64,000 nt of DNA. Origin: an uncultured delta proteobacterium. GTDB taxonomy: Bacteria; Myxococcota; UBA727; VGSZ01. Position 1 is the first letter of the stretch. The number at the start of each line of letters is the position of its first letter. Location: NCBI GenBank assembly GCA_963775425.1, contig CAVZJB010000003.1, forward strand, positions 662,274 through 726,273, in the 5' to 3' direction. Shown here one piece after another: positions 44,580 through 54,470 of the stretch. A model generated the notes under the pieces. The model made no database searches. It was not told the DNA's origin and was given only the letters and a program-made list of their open reading frames with translations. Both the position numbers and the translations under genes were made by a program.

Positions 44580-45529
44580 TGCCCCCCGCCGCCCCCCACC
44601 GGGGCCTCGCCCCGACCGCGCTCGTGCTCGTCGTGCTCGCCGTGCTGGTGGCGGCGGCCGGGTGTCCCCCCAGCGGCGAGTGCCAGGTCGACGCCGACTG
44701 CAGCGGCGGCACGGTCTGCTCGGGCGGCAGTTGCGTGCAGTGCAACACCAATGATCAGTGCGGCGCGGACAGCTTCTGCTGCCTCGGGGTCTGCCACGGT
44801 GCCGCCGACGTGGAGAGTCACTGCGGCTGCTCGCCGGCCCTGCGCGGCAGCGCGGGCCAGGACTGCGGCGGCGTGGAGCCCGCGGGCCTCTGCCTCGTCG
44901 CAGACAGCACCGCGAGCGTCGCTACCGTCGCGGAGGGCACCTGCGGTTGCGGCTGCACGCCGGCGCAGGGCGGGCCCATCTGCGCTGCGCCCGCCACCGC
45001 CGGCGACGCCGCGGTGTGCTCGTGCAACGAGAACGCCGACTGCAAGAAGGCGTCGGAGGACGCCGCGGGCCACCCGCACCGCGCGGCGGACACCTGCACG
45101 CCGCAGGCGACGTGCGTGTGCTTCTCCGCCGCGGCCGCCAACGCGCAGTTGTGCGCTCCCGACGGCGCCGCGCCCGACTGCACCCTCGGCGGCTGCGTCT
45201 CCCTCGTCGACGACGCGAACAACTGCGGCGTGCCCGGCAAGGTGTGCACCGACGAGGCCACCGGCATCGCCGACACCGGCACCTGCATCGGCGGCGGCTG
45301 CTCCTGCAACGCCGCCGGCGACTGCGCCGGCGGCGGCAACGTCGACACGTGCGTGTTCCCGGCGCAGGGTGACCCGTCCTGCGTGTGCGGCGCCTACCGG
45401 CGCGCGGGCCAACAGGTGGCGTGCCCGATGGCGCTCGACTGCACCACGTCGGGCTGCATCCTCGACGGCACCGCCTTTCAGGACGAGGAGACGCTCCTGA
45501 GCGCCTTGGGCCTGCCGCCGGCGCCATGA
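44576..45529 (+). CDS. Cys-rich lipoprotein
   Basis: AAGC lipobox; repeated C..DADC modules; DANNCG. Confidence 0.8.
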   Translation: MMPPAAPHRGLAPTALVLVVLAVLVAAAGCPPSGECQVDADCSGGTVCSGGSCVQCNTNDQCGADSFCCLGVCHGAADVESHCGCSPALRGSAGQDCGGVEPAGLCLVADSTASVATVAEGTCGCGCTPAQGGPICAAPATAGDAAVCSCNENADCKKASEDAAGHPHRAADTCTPQATCVCFSAAAANAQLCAPDGAAPDCTLGGCVSLVDDANNCGVPGKVCTDEATGIADTGTCIGGGCSCNAAGDCAGGGNVDTCVFPAQGDPSCVCGAYRRAGQQVACPMALDCTTSGCILDGTAFQDEETLLSALGLPPAP

Positions 45530-45557
45530 GCCCCTCGACGTCGAGCCCCTCGACGTC
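45528..45557. repeat. 15-bp tandem duplication GAGCCCCTCGACGTC x2
   Basis: Direct read, between convergent genes. Confidence 0.7.
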
Positions 45558-45566
45558 GGCCTCTCA

Positions 45567-45989
45567 TCAGTGCGGCAGCGCCGCCGCGCGCACGATCGCG
45601 GCGCGGACGCGGAGGGCGTCGTCGTCGTCGCGCCGGACGGCGTAGCTCGAGGCCTCGGCGCCGAGGGCCTGGCCGCTCGCGTCGAGCCAGGGCCAACGCA
45701 CCTCGACGATGCACACGCGATCCGTGGCCCAGTCGACGGCGACGAGGTCCGCGCGCGTGTCCATGACGCCGCGCCGGTTGTACTCCTCGCGCGCGCCGGC
45801 GAAGAGCGCCTCGAGCTCCTCAGGCCGGCTCACGGCGATGACGCCGTCGTCGCTGACGACGAGCGCGGGCGTCTCCCACAAAGACGCGAGCGTGAACGCG
45901 TCCCCGTGGGTCACGGCGCGCGCCATCGCGTCGAAGAAGTGCTGCACCTCGTCGCGCAGCGCCGGGTGCTCGATGGTCGCGTGTTGCAT
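45567..45989 (-). CDS. NTF2/SnoaL-like protein
   Basis: EVQHFFD..GDA..LASLWETPAL; GGAGG RBS. Confidence 0.68.
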   Translation of the reverse strand: MQHATIEHPALRDEVQHFFDAMARAVTHGDAFTLASLWETPALVVSDDGVIAVSRPEELEALFAGAREEYNRRGVMDTRADLVAVDWATDRVCIVEVRWPWLDASGQALGAEASSYAVRRDDDDALRVRAAIVRAAALPH

Positions 45990-46038
45990 GGCCCGCCCTC
46001 CTCCGGCGAGAGCGTGCATCACACGTGCCGCATCGCGC

Positions 46039-46752
46039 TCAGCGCGAGCGGTCGGCGGCGATGTCGTAGCGGGCCCACGGCGTGTGCGAAGGATGCCAGA
46101 CGCCCATGCGGGTGAGCATGTCGTGGCGTGCGGCCGTGGCGAGCTCCTGCGTGCCCATCATCCACATCAAGACGGCGAGCGCGACGAGCCAGAAGCTCCC
46201 GGCGAAGATCGCGTATGCGCCGAGCAGCACCGAGAACACGCGCGCGACCTTCACCGCGATGCGCGTGCCGTCGACGAAGCCCTTGCGCTTGGCGAGCAGC
46301 GCGCGCAGCACGCGGCCGCCGTCCATGGGCAGAGCCGGGATGAGGTTGAAGCCGCCGAGCATCAGGTTCGCCGACATCAGCCAGAAGATGACGGGGGAGG
46401 GCACGGCGAGGGAGAGCACGAACGCGAGGCCCGCGAGCGCGAAGCTCACGGCGGGGCCGGCGGCGGCGATGAGGATCTCGTCGTTGGGCGAGCGCGGGGG
46501 CGCGGTCATCTTGGCGACGCCGCCGAACATGTGCAGGTCGATGCCGGCGATGGGCACGCCCTTGCTGCGCGCGACCACCGCGTGGCCGAGCTCGTGCGCG
46601 ACGATGGACGCGAAGATCAGCAGGCTCAAGAGCACGCCGCCGACGCCGCCGTAGCTGACGCCGGCGATGAGGAGCGCGATGGGGAGCGTCCAGTGCGCCC
46701 CGACGTCGAAGCCGAGGACGCGGAACAACCGGAAAGAGGGTCCACCGAACAT
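46039..46752 (-). CDS. Site-2 protease (M50)
   Basis: HELGH, IAAAGP, FNLIPALPMDGGR. Confidence 0.92.
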   Translation of the reverse strand: MFGGPSFRLFRVLGFDVGAHWTLPIALLIAGVSYGGVGGVLLSLLIFASIVAHELGHAVVARSKGVPIAGIDLHMFGGVAKMTAPPRSPNDEILIAAAGPAVSFALAGLAFVLSLAVPSPVIFWLMSANLMLGGFNLIPALPMDGGRVLRALLAKRKGFVDGTRIAVKVARVFSVLLGAYAIFAGSFWLVALAVLMWMMGTQELATAARHDMLTRMGVWHPSHTPWARYDIAADRSR

Positions 46753-46888
46753 GCGGTGAGCATATGCACCTCTCGCCGCGGGGCAAGCGCGCCGACGTCG
46801 ATGCGCTCGCGTGAGGCGCGCACGCACGCGCCGGAATATTCCCGCAGCGGTGGCGGCGGCGTCGAAGCGCCCGTGATACACAGGCGGC

Positions 46889-49855
46889 ATGCGCTTCGCT
46901 CTCCTGGGCTTCGCCCTCCTCGTCCTCGACGCGTGCCAGGGCTGCAACTGCGGAGCGAAGCCGCTCGTGAAGACCGAGTGCAAATTCACCGTCGAGCCGT
47001 CGGGATCAGGGAATGAGATCCAATTCGCCGCCACGCCGGTCGGCGGGCAGGCGGAGCGGAGCTATCGCGTCACCAACACCGGCACCGGCGTGACGCTCAC
47101 CGAGCTGCACACCACCTTCGAGGCGCGAAACGGCGACAACTACAGCGCCGACATCCCCGTCGACACGCGCATCACGCCCGGCGACGATCAGACCTTCGTC
47201 GTCACGTTCCATCCGCTCGTCGAGGCGGAGCTCGCGTCGAGCTTCGTGGTGAGCCACCCCGACGTGGGGAGCGCCAAGTGTCCCACGGCCACCGTGTTCG
47301 TCCGCGGCACCGGCTTCGAGCCGCAGGAGGTCGACGCCGGCTTCCCCGACGCCGGCGAGGAGGACGCGGGCACGCCCGCCGACGCCGGCCCCGACGTCGA
47401 CGCGGGCACCGTGCAGTCGCCGGACGGCGGCGTGGTCCTCGGGCCGAACGCGGAGTGGTTCGCGTACGGCGCGTTCGAGGAGGCCCGCGCCCGCTTCGCC
47501 GCCGTCGAGCTCAAGGACGGCAGCGGCGACATCCTCGCCGTCGGCGGCTACGGCGAGGACGGCGTCGCGCTCGACAGCATCGAGCGCTTCAACCCGCAGA
47601 CCGGCGTGTCGCGCGTCGTGGCGCACATGGCGGTGCCGCGCGCGGAGCCCGCGGCGGTCGTGCTGCCCGGCCCCGAAGCAAAGGTGATGATCCTCGGCGG
47701 CAGGAGCGCGGCGCAAAACGGCGTCGCCGTCCGCACCGTCGAGATCTTCGATCCGCTCAACGGCGACACCGTCGCCTGCGCCGACCCCGGCGGCTGCGGC
47801 CTCGGCGACCAGGACGGCGCGGCGCTGCCGGTGGGGCGCATCGGCGCCGTCGCTTCGGCCACGTCCACCGGCGTGATGCTGATGCTCGGAAAGACCCTCG
47901 ACACCGACGGCAACAGCGAGATCGACGTCGCCGGCGGGGAGCTCGTCACCACCTCGCCCACGCTCAGCGCCACCGCGCTCGGCAACGAGAACCTGCTCAC
48001 GGCGCGCGAGGGCGCCGCCGTCGTCGCCGACAGCGCCGGCGACGGCACCCTCCTCGTCATCGGCGGCACCAGCGGCGAGGCCGCCACCCAGGGCGACGTG
48101 CTCGACGACATCCTCCTCGTGGACGGGGCCACCCACAGCGTGGGCACCCTCGGCAGCCTCCCGGCGACGTCGGGGCCTCGCTCGTTCGCGTCGGCGACGG
48201 AGCTGTCCACGGGCGACGTGCTCGTCGCCGGCGGCTTCGGCGGCACCGGCGTCGGCCTCGACGGCGTCGTGCGCATCACCGCCGCCTTCGGCAACGGGCC
48301 CGTCATCGAGGACCTCGACGTCCAGATCACGCCGCGCGTGGGCGGCAGCCTCGTCGCGCTCGGCGGCGACATCCTGTTGTGGGCCGGCGGCATGACCCGG
48401 CGCACCGACAACCTCGACGCCGTCGACAGCGAGCTGCCGCAGACGTCCGCCGACGTGCTGGTGCCGCTCGGCGCCACGACGCTGTTGCGCTTGTCCACGG
48501 ACAACCAGCTCGCCCAGGGCCGCTTCGAGCACCAGGCGCTGGCCATCTCGTCCGACGGCTCCGGGGGCGCCGACAAGGACATCGCGCTCTTCCTCGGCGG
48601 CGTCTCCACGGCGCCGCGCCGCACGCCCCACCCGCACATCGAGCGCTTCCTGCGCGACGAAAACCGCTTCCTCACCTACGGGCTCATGGGCGGCGGCACC
48701 GCCATCGAGGCGGGCGTCCTCGGCGGCGCCACGCCGTCGGGCGCGGCGCTGGTGTCGGCGGGCGGCGTGGACCCGCACACGGGCCGCACGTCGTCGGCGG
48801 TGCGCGCCTTCGACGCGCAAAACGGCGTGTTCGTCGAGGACGGCGACCTGCGGCAGCCGCGCAGCGGCCACACGCTCACCCGCATCAGCGTCGATGAGGA
48901 CAACGTCATGCTCGTCGCCGGCGGCAAGGACGAAAACGGCGTGACGCTGTCGTCCTTGTCCTTCTACGACACCGTGGCGCAGGTGGACCGCCCGCTCCCC
49001 GTCTCCCTGCACGCGGCGCGCAGCGGTCACACCGCCACGCGGCTCGCGGACGGAAACCCCATCGCCGACGGCGCGGTGCTGTTGTGCGGCGGGCAGGGCC
49101 AGGGCGGGGAGGCGCTCGACTCGTGCGAGGTGTTCGTGCCCCCGTCCAACACGCTCGATCCCAACACCTACGACGAGGCCCAGGTGCTGCCGGTGCTCGG
49201 CCGCATGTCCACGGGACGCGTGGGCCACACCGCCACCCTCCTCGACACCGGCGAGGTGCTCCTCGTCGGCGGCGGCGACGTCACGGTCGACCTCGTCACC
49301 GCCGACCTGTTCGTGCCCGACGCCACGCAGCCGTTCCTGCGGGCCACCGGTCAGCCGGTGAAGGCGCGCACCGGACACGCCGCGGTGTTCATCGGGAGCG
49401 GCCGCGTCCTCGTCGTCGGCGGCCTCGTGTTCGACACCTTCCTCGGCGCCACGCGCTCCGCGGAGCTCTATGTGCGCGCCAGCGAGTCGTTCCTGGCGCT
49501 GCCCGACATGGAGGACGAGCGCGCGAGCCCGGCCGCCTTCCTCCTCGGCGACGGCAACGTGCTCGTCGCCGGCGGCTCGCGGCAAAACACCGTCAACCCC
49601 GACGTGCCCACGCGGAGCAACAGGACCTCGGAGCTGTACGTCGTCGGCGGCGACGGCACCGGCACGTTCGAGCCGCTCCCGGACGCGCCCCTGTCGTTCG
49701 GCCGCAGCGACGTGCGGTTCCTCGATGTCTTTGGCCGCGCCGTCGTCACCGGCGGCGACCACAGAGACGGCATCGTGGAGACGGGGGACGAGCGGCGCAC
49801 CCCCATCACGTTCGTCGACTTCCTGCAGGACCCCCTCGACGCCATCGGTCCCTGA
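46889..49855 (+). CDS. Kelch/galactose-oxidase-repeat lipoprotein with N-terminal ASH/Ig-like domain
   Basis: Signal/lipobox; V.N.G..L Ig segment; many R.GHTATxL..G.VL..GG repeats. Confidence 0.85.
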   Translation: MRFALLGFALLVLDACQGCNCGAKPLVKTECKFTVEPSGSGNEIQFAATPVGGQAERSYRVTNTGTGVTLTELHTTFEARNGDNYSADIPVDTRITPGDDQTFVVTFHPLVEAELASSFVVSHPDVGSAKCPTATVFVRGTGFEPQEVDAGFPDAGEEDAGTPADAGPDVDAGTVQSPDGGVVLGPNAEWFAYGAFEEARARFAAVELKDGSGDILAVGGYGEDGVALDSIERFNPQTGVSRVVAHMAVPRAEPAAVVLPGPEAKVMILGGRSAAQNGVAVRTVEIFDPLNGDTVACADPGGCGLGDQDGAALPVGRIGAVASATSTGVMLMLGKTLDTDGNSEIDVAGGELVTTSPTLSATALGNENLLTAREGAAVVADSAGDGTLLVIGGTSGEAATQGDVLDDILLVDGATHSVGTLGSLPATSGPRSFASATELSTGDVLVAGGFGGTGVGLDGVVRITAAFGNGPVIEDLDVQITPRVGGSLVALGGDILLWAGGMTRRTDNLDAVDSELPQTSADVLVPLGATTLLRLSTDNQLAQGRFEHQALAISSDGSGGADKDIALFLGGVSTAPRRTPHPHIERFLRDENRFLTYGLMGGGTAIEAGVLGGATPSGAALVSAGGVDPHTGRTSSAVRAFDAQNGVFVEDGDLRQPRSGHTLTRISVDEDNVMLVAGGKDENGVTLSSLSFYDTVAQVDRPLPVSLHAARSGHTATRLADGNPIADGAVLLCGGQGQGGEALDSCEVFVPPSNTLDPNTYDEAQVLPVLGRMSTGRVGHTATLLDTGEVLLVGGGDVTVDLVTADLFVPDATQPFLRATGQPVKARTGHAAVFIGSGRVLVVGGLVFDTFLGATRSAELYVRASESFLALPDMEDERASPAAFLLGDGNVLVAGGSRQNTVNPDVPTRSNRTSELYVVGGDGTGTFEPLPDAPLSFGRSDVRFLDVFGRAVVTGGDHRDGIVETGDERRTPITFVDFLQDPLDAIGP

Positions 49856-49871
49856 GGGCAGCCTTGCGCCC

Positions 49872-50767
<896 letters not shown>

Positions 50768-50771
<4 letters not shown>

Positions 50772-51469
50772 CCACTCCCGGTGACGGCGGAGCTCCCGAC
50801 AGCTCGACCGCCTCGAACATCTCGAACAGCTCGAACACCTCGAACAGCTCGAAGACGCCCTCGGCACAGCCCACGGAGACGCTGGTGCTCGCGTCGCGCT
50901 CGTCCACGCGCATCGCCATGCTCCAGGCCGCGGGCATCGGCGTCGAGATCGACCCCGCCGACGTCGACGAAGCGCGCCTCGGCGCCGCCTACATCGACCC
51001 CGGCGACCGCGCGGTGGCGTTGGCGCGCGCCAAGGCGCTCAAGGTGAGCGAGCGCCACCCTGGGCGCCTGGTGCTCGGCGGCGACCAGGTCTGCATCCTC
51101 GAGGACGGCCCCAACGAAGGCAGCTACGTCGAGAAGCCGCGCGATCCCGAGGACCACGTACAGATGCTCCTGCGCCTGGCCGCGCGGACGCACGCGTTCT
51201 TCCCCGCCGCCGTGCTCGTGAAGGACGGCAACGTCCTCGGCCGCGCCACGGAGATCGTGCGGGTGACGTTCCGTCCGTTCCTCGAGCCCACGGCGCGCGC
51301 TTACGTCGCCACCGGCGAAGGCGCGGGCTCCTGCGGCGGCTACGAGAGCGAGCGCAAGGGCGGACAGCTCATCGCGAGCATCGACGGCACGCAGTTCGCG
51401 CTGATGGGCCTGCCGCTCCTGGGCGTGCTCGGCCTGCTGCGCGAAAACGGCCTCGCCGGCCTCTTGTGA
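50768..51469 (+). CDS. maf: Maf family NTP pyrophosphatase (YceF-like)
   Basis: LVLASRS..R, LARAKA, GGDQV, EKP, GLPL; 9-bp CTCGAACAN repeats at 50812-50856 in the N-tail. Confidence 0.88.
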
Positions 51470-51574
51470 TCGTCCCAGCGGCGGGATGACGGCGGACCTC
51501 CCTGGCGACGGTGTAGGCGCCGGCGCGATCCGGCGCCGTCGAATCCTCCGGCGCCCTGGTTCGTTTGCAGGGAG

Positions 51575-52750
51575 ATGACGCCGCACGAGCCCGCCCCGCC
51601 CGCCTCGCAGACGCCGCCGGACGCACCGGACCCGGGGTTCCCGCGCTTGTCGCGCGCCGCCGTCGCCGCCGCCGTCATCGCCCTCACCCCGTTCGGGCTG
51701 ACCGGCGCCGCCGTCGCCGCTCGCCTCAGCGCGCCCGTCGACGTCGCGGTCGGCGCGCTCGCCTTCGTCGTCAGCCTCGTCGCGCTCGCCGTGGCGATCG
51801 GCGCGGCGCTTCGGCTCGGCGCCGTGCCCGCCGATGATCGCCCGCCGGGGCGGCTGCTCGCCGTGCTCGCGATCCCGGCGTCGGCTTTGGGCCTGGTGTG
51901 GGGCTTCCTGTTCGCCGCCGCGACCATGATGTCCTTCGCCCGCGGCCGCCAGTTGCGCGAGCGCGGCCGCCCGCTGTTCGCGCCGCTCGTGCGCGGCAAG
52001 CGCTTCATCGACGACGTCGCCGCCGTCGACGCGCCACCCGCCGCCGCCGCCGCGTGGCGCGAAAGCGGAAAGACCGAGCACGCGAGCGTGGTGGCGTTCG
52101 CGCGGCTCGTCGAAGAGCTCACGGCGCTCGGCGCGCCGGCGTCTCTCGTCGAAGACGCCCGCCGCGACGGCGCCGACGAGGTCCGTCACACGCGGCTGTG
52201 CTTCTCGCTCGCGTACGCGATGGACGGCGCGCCGCTCGAGCCGGGGACCTTCCCTGCGCCGCCGGCGCCGCTGTTGACGTCGCGCGCGGCGCGGCTCGCG
52301 CGGCTCGCGGTCGAGTCGCTCGTCGACGGCGCGTTGAACGAAGGCGTGTCCGCCCGCGTGGTCGCGGCGCTCGCCCGCAGGGTCGAGGAGCCGGCGGTGG
52401 CGCGGGTGCTCGTCGCCATCGCCGCGGACGAGGGGCGCCACGCGCGCCACGCCTGGGACGTGCTCGCTTGGTGCCTCGCCGAGGGCGGCGCCCCCGCCCG
52501 CGCTGCCACCCGCGGCGCGCTCGCCGCGCTGCCGCGCGCCGCCGGCGCCGTGCCCGCCGGAGCCGTGCTCACCGGAGCCGTGCTCACCGGAGCCGTGCTC
52601 ACCGGAGATGGGGCGCTCGAGCGCTGGGGCATCCCCTCGCAAGCCTCCCTCGATGCCGCCCACCGTGCCGTCCGCGCCGCCGTCGTCACGCGCTCGCGCC
52701 GGCTGCTCGGGCTCGGGGAGCCCCGGGCGCGCGCCGCGCAGCGCGCCTGA
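51575..52750 (+). CDS. Membrane-anchored ferritin-like domain protein
   Basis: Three TMs; EHASV.AF, DEVRH, DGALNE, IAADEGRHA diiron-type motifs. Confidence 0.78.
   Translation: MTPHEPAPPASQTPPDAPDPGFPRLSRAAVAAAVIALTPFGLTGAAVAARLSAPVDVAVGALAFVVSLVALAVAIGAALRLGAVPADDRPPGRLLAVLAIPASALGLVWGFLFAAATMMSFARGRQLRERGRPLFAPLVRGKRFIDDVAAVDAPPAAAAAWRESGKTEHASVVAFARLVEELTALGAPASLVEDARRDGADEVRHTRLCFSLAYAMDGAPLEPGTFPAPPAPLLTSRAARLARLAVESLVDGALNEGVSARVVAALARRVEEPAVARVLVAIAADEGRHARHAWDVLAWCLAEGGAPARAATRGALAALPRAAGAVPAGAVLTGAVLTGAVLTGDGALERWGIPSQASLDAAHRAVRAAVVTRSRRLLGLGEPRARAAQRA
52557..52607. repeat. In-frame 15-bp tandem repeat CCGGAGCCGTGCTCA x3 (GAVLT)
   Basis: Direct read. Confidence 0.85.
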
Positions 52751-52788
52751 GCCATCGTCGGGCGCACCGCACGACGGCCGGGGTCCGC

Positions 52789-53547
52789 TCAGGCGGCGGC
52801 GGCGACGTCGCGGCGGGCTTGCCAGGCGAGGTCGCGCATGTCGCGCACCGCGCGCTCCATGCCCACGAGGATGGCGCGGGCGATGATGGAGTGGCCGATG
52901 TTGAGCTCCTCGATCTCGACGATGGAGGCGACCTCACCGACGTTGTCGTAGTGGATGCCGTGGCCGGCGTAGCACTTGAGCTTGAGCTTGGCCGCCGTCT
53001 TCGCTGCGTTCACCAGGCGGCGGTGCTCCTCGTCGCGCACGTCGCCCGTCTTGGCGTCGCAGAAGCGACCGGTGTGCAGCTCCACGGCGTCGGCGCCCAC
53101 CTTGGACGACGCCGCCACCTGCTCGACGTCGGGATCGATGAACAGGCTCACGTGGATCTCGGCGCTCTTGAGCTCCACGATGAAGCGCTTCAGGACGTCC
53201 TTTTGGCCGTTGACGTCGAGGCCGCCCTCGGTGGTGATCTCCTGGCGCCGCTCGGGGACGAGCGTGACCGTGTGCGGCCGCGCGTCGAACGCCACCCGCA
53301 TCATCTCCGGCGTCGCCGCCATCTCGAGGTTGAGGCGCGTGGTCACCGTGCGCCGGATGATCTCGAGGTCGCGATCCTGGATGTGCCGCCGGTCCTCGCG
53401 CAGGTGGATGGTGATCTGGCTGGCGCCGCCGAGCTCGGCGAGCACCGCGGCGTGCACGGGGTCCGGGTACGCCGCGTGGCGTGCCTGACGCACGGTGGCG
53501 ACGTGATCGACGTTGACGCCGAGGCGGGGAAGGAGCGCGCTGGTCAT
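52789..53547 (-). CDS. pdxJ: Pyridoxine 5'-phosphate synthase
   Basis: LGVNVDHVATVRQAR, HLREDRRHI, TTEGGL, ELNIGH. Confidence 0.97.
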   Translation of the reverse strand: MTSALLPRLGVNVDHVATVRQARHAAYPDPVHAAVLAELGGASQITIHLREDRRHIQDRDLEIIRRTVTTRLNLEMAATPEMMRVAFDARPHTVTLVPERRQEITTEGGLDVNGQKDVLKRFIVELKSAEIHVSLFIDPDVEQVAASSKVGADAVELHTGRFCDAKTGDVRDEEHRRLVNAAKTAAKLKLKCYAGHGIHYDNVGEVASIVEIEELNIGHSIIARAILVGMERAVRDMRDLAWQARRDVAAAA

Positions 53548-54377
53548 GCGCTGTTTTTATCACGGAAGCGCCGGACGGCATCCTCCACCTGCGGGCGCAG
53601 CGCGCGGTGCGCGGCGGGCGTCCACATGCACACGCCGCCGCCGTGGGCCGCCGGACCGCCGTAGACGAGCGGCGCTCCGTCGAGCGCCGTGCACACGCCG
53701 CCGGCGGCGAGGAGCACCGCCGCCGGCGCGCAGGTGTCCCAGGCTTTGATGCGGTGGCTCGCGCTCACGTACGCGTCCGCGTCGTCGTCGACGATGAGGC
53801 CGACCTTCAAGCCCACCGAGCCGCGCGGGACCGCGACGCCGTGCAGCTCGTTCACGATGAAGTCCACGACCTCGCTTGGGTGCGAGACGCTGATGGCGAT
53901 GCGCGGCGCGGCGAGGGGCCGCGCGGCGACGTCGCGGGGGTGCGCGGCGCCGTCCGGGTCGATGCGCTCGCAGAGGCGCCCCACCACGCCGCGCCACACG
54001 ATGCCGGTCTCCGGCTGGAACAGCACCCCCAGGCGCGGCGCGCCGTCGATGCACAGCCCGATCTGCACGACGTAGTCGGCGCGGCCGGCGACGAAGTCCT
54101 CGGTGCCGTCGAGGGGATCGACGAACCACGCGCGCCCGTGCGAGGGGACCGGGGCCCCCTTCCAGGTCTCCTCGGTGATCACGGCGTCGCCGGTGCCGGC
54201 CAGGCCCTTCCGGATCACCGCGTCGGCGGCGAGGTCGGCCTTGGTCACGGGGCTGTGGTCGGACTTCAGCGTCGACGACGCGATGGCGTCTGCGCGGACC
54301 GCGAGGATGGCGGCGCCGGCCTGCCGCGCCAGCGACGTCGCCAGCTCGAGCTCGTCTTCGAGGGGAGACTCGGTCAT
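53544..54377 (-). CDS. CysQ/inositol monophosphatase family phosphatase
   Basis: SPVTKAD, TEE, WFVDPLDGT, GS.GLK, WDTCA. Confidence 0.88.
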   Translation of the reverse strand: MTESPLEDELELATSLARQAGAAILAVRADAIASSTLKSDHSPVTKADLAADAVIRKGLAGTGDAVITEETWKGAPVPSHGRAWFVDPLDGTEDFVAGRADYVVQIGLCIDGAPRLGVLFQPETGIVWRGVVGRLCERIDPDGAAHPRDVAARPLAAPRIAISVSHPSEVVDFIVNELHGVAVPRGSVGLKVGLIVDDDADAYVSASHRIKAWDTCAPAAVLLAAGGVCTALDGAPLVYGGPAAHGGGVCMWTPAAHRALRPQVEDAVRRFRDKNSA

Positions 54378-54470
54378 GGAGGCCGAGTAGCAGGGAATTC
54401 GAGGCATCGGAAGAAGACCCCGTTGCGCCGGGGCAGGGCGTCGGGGAACCTGCAACGCGAGGAAACACCC

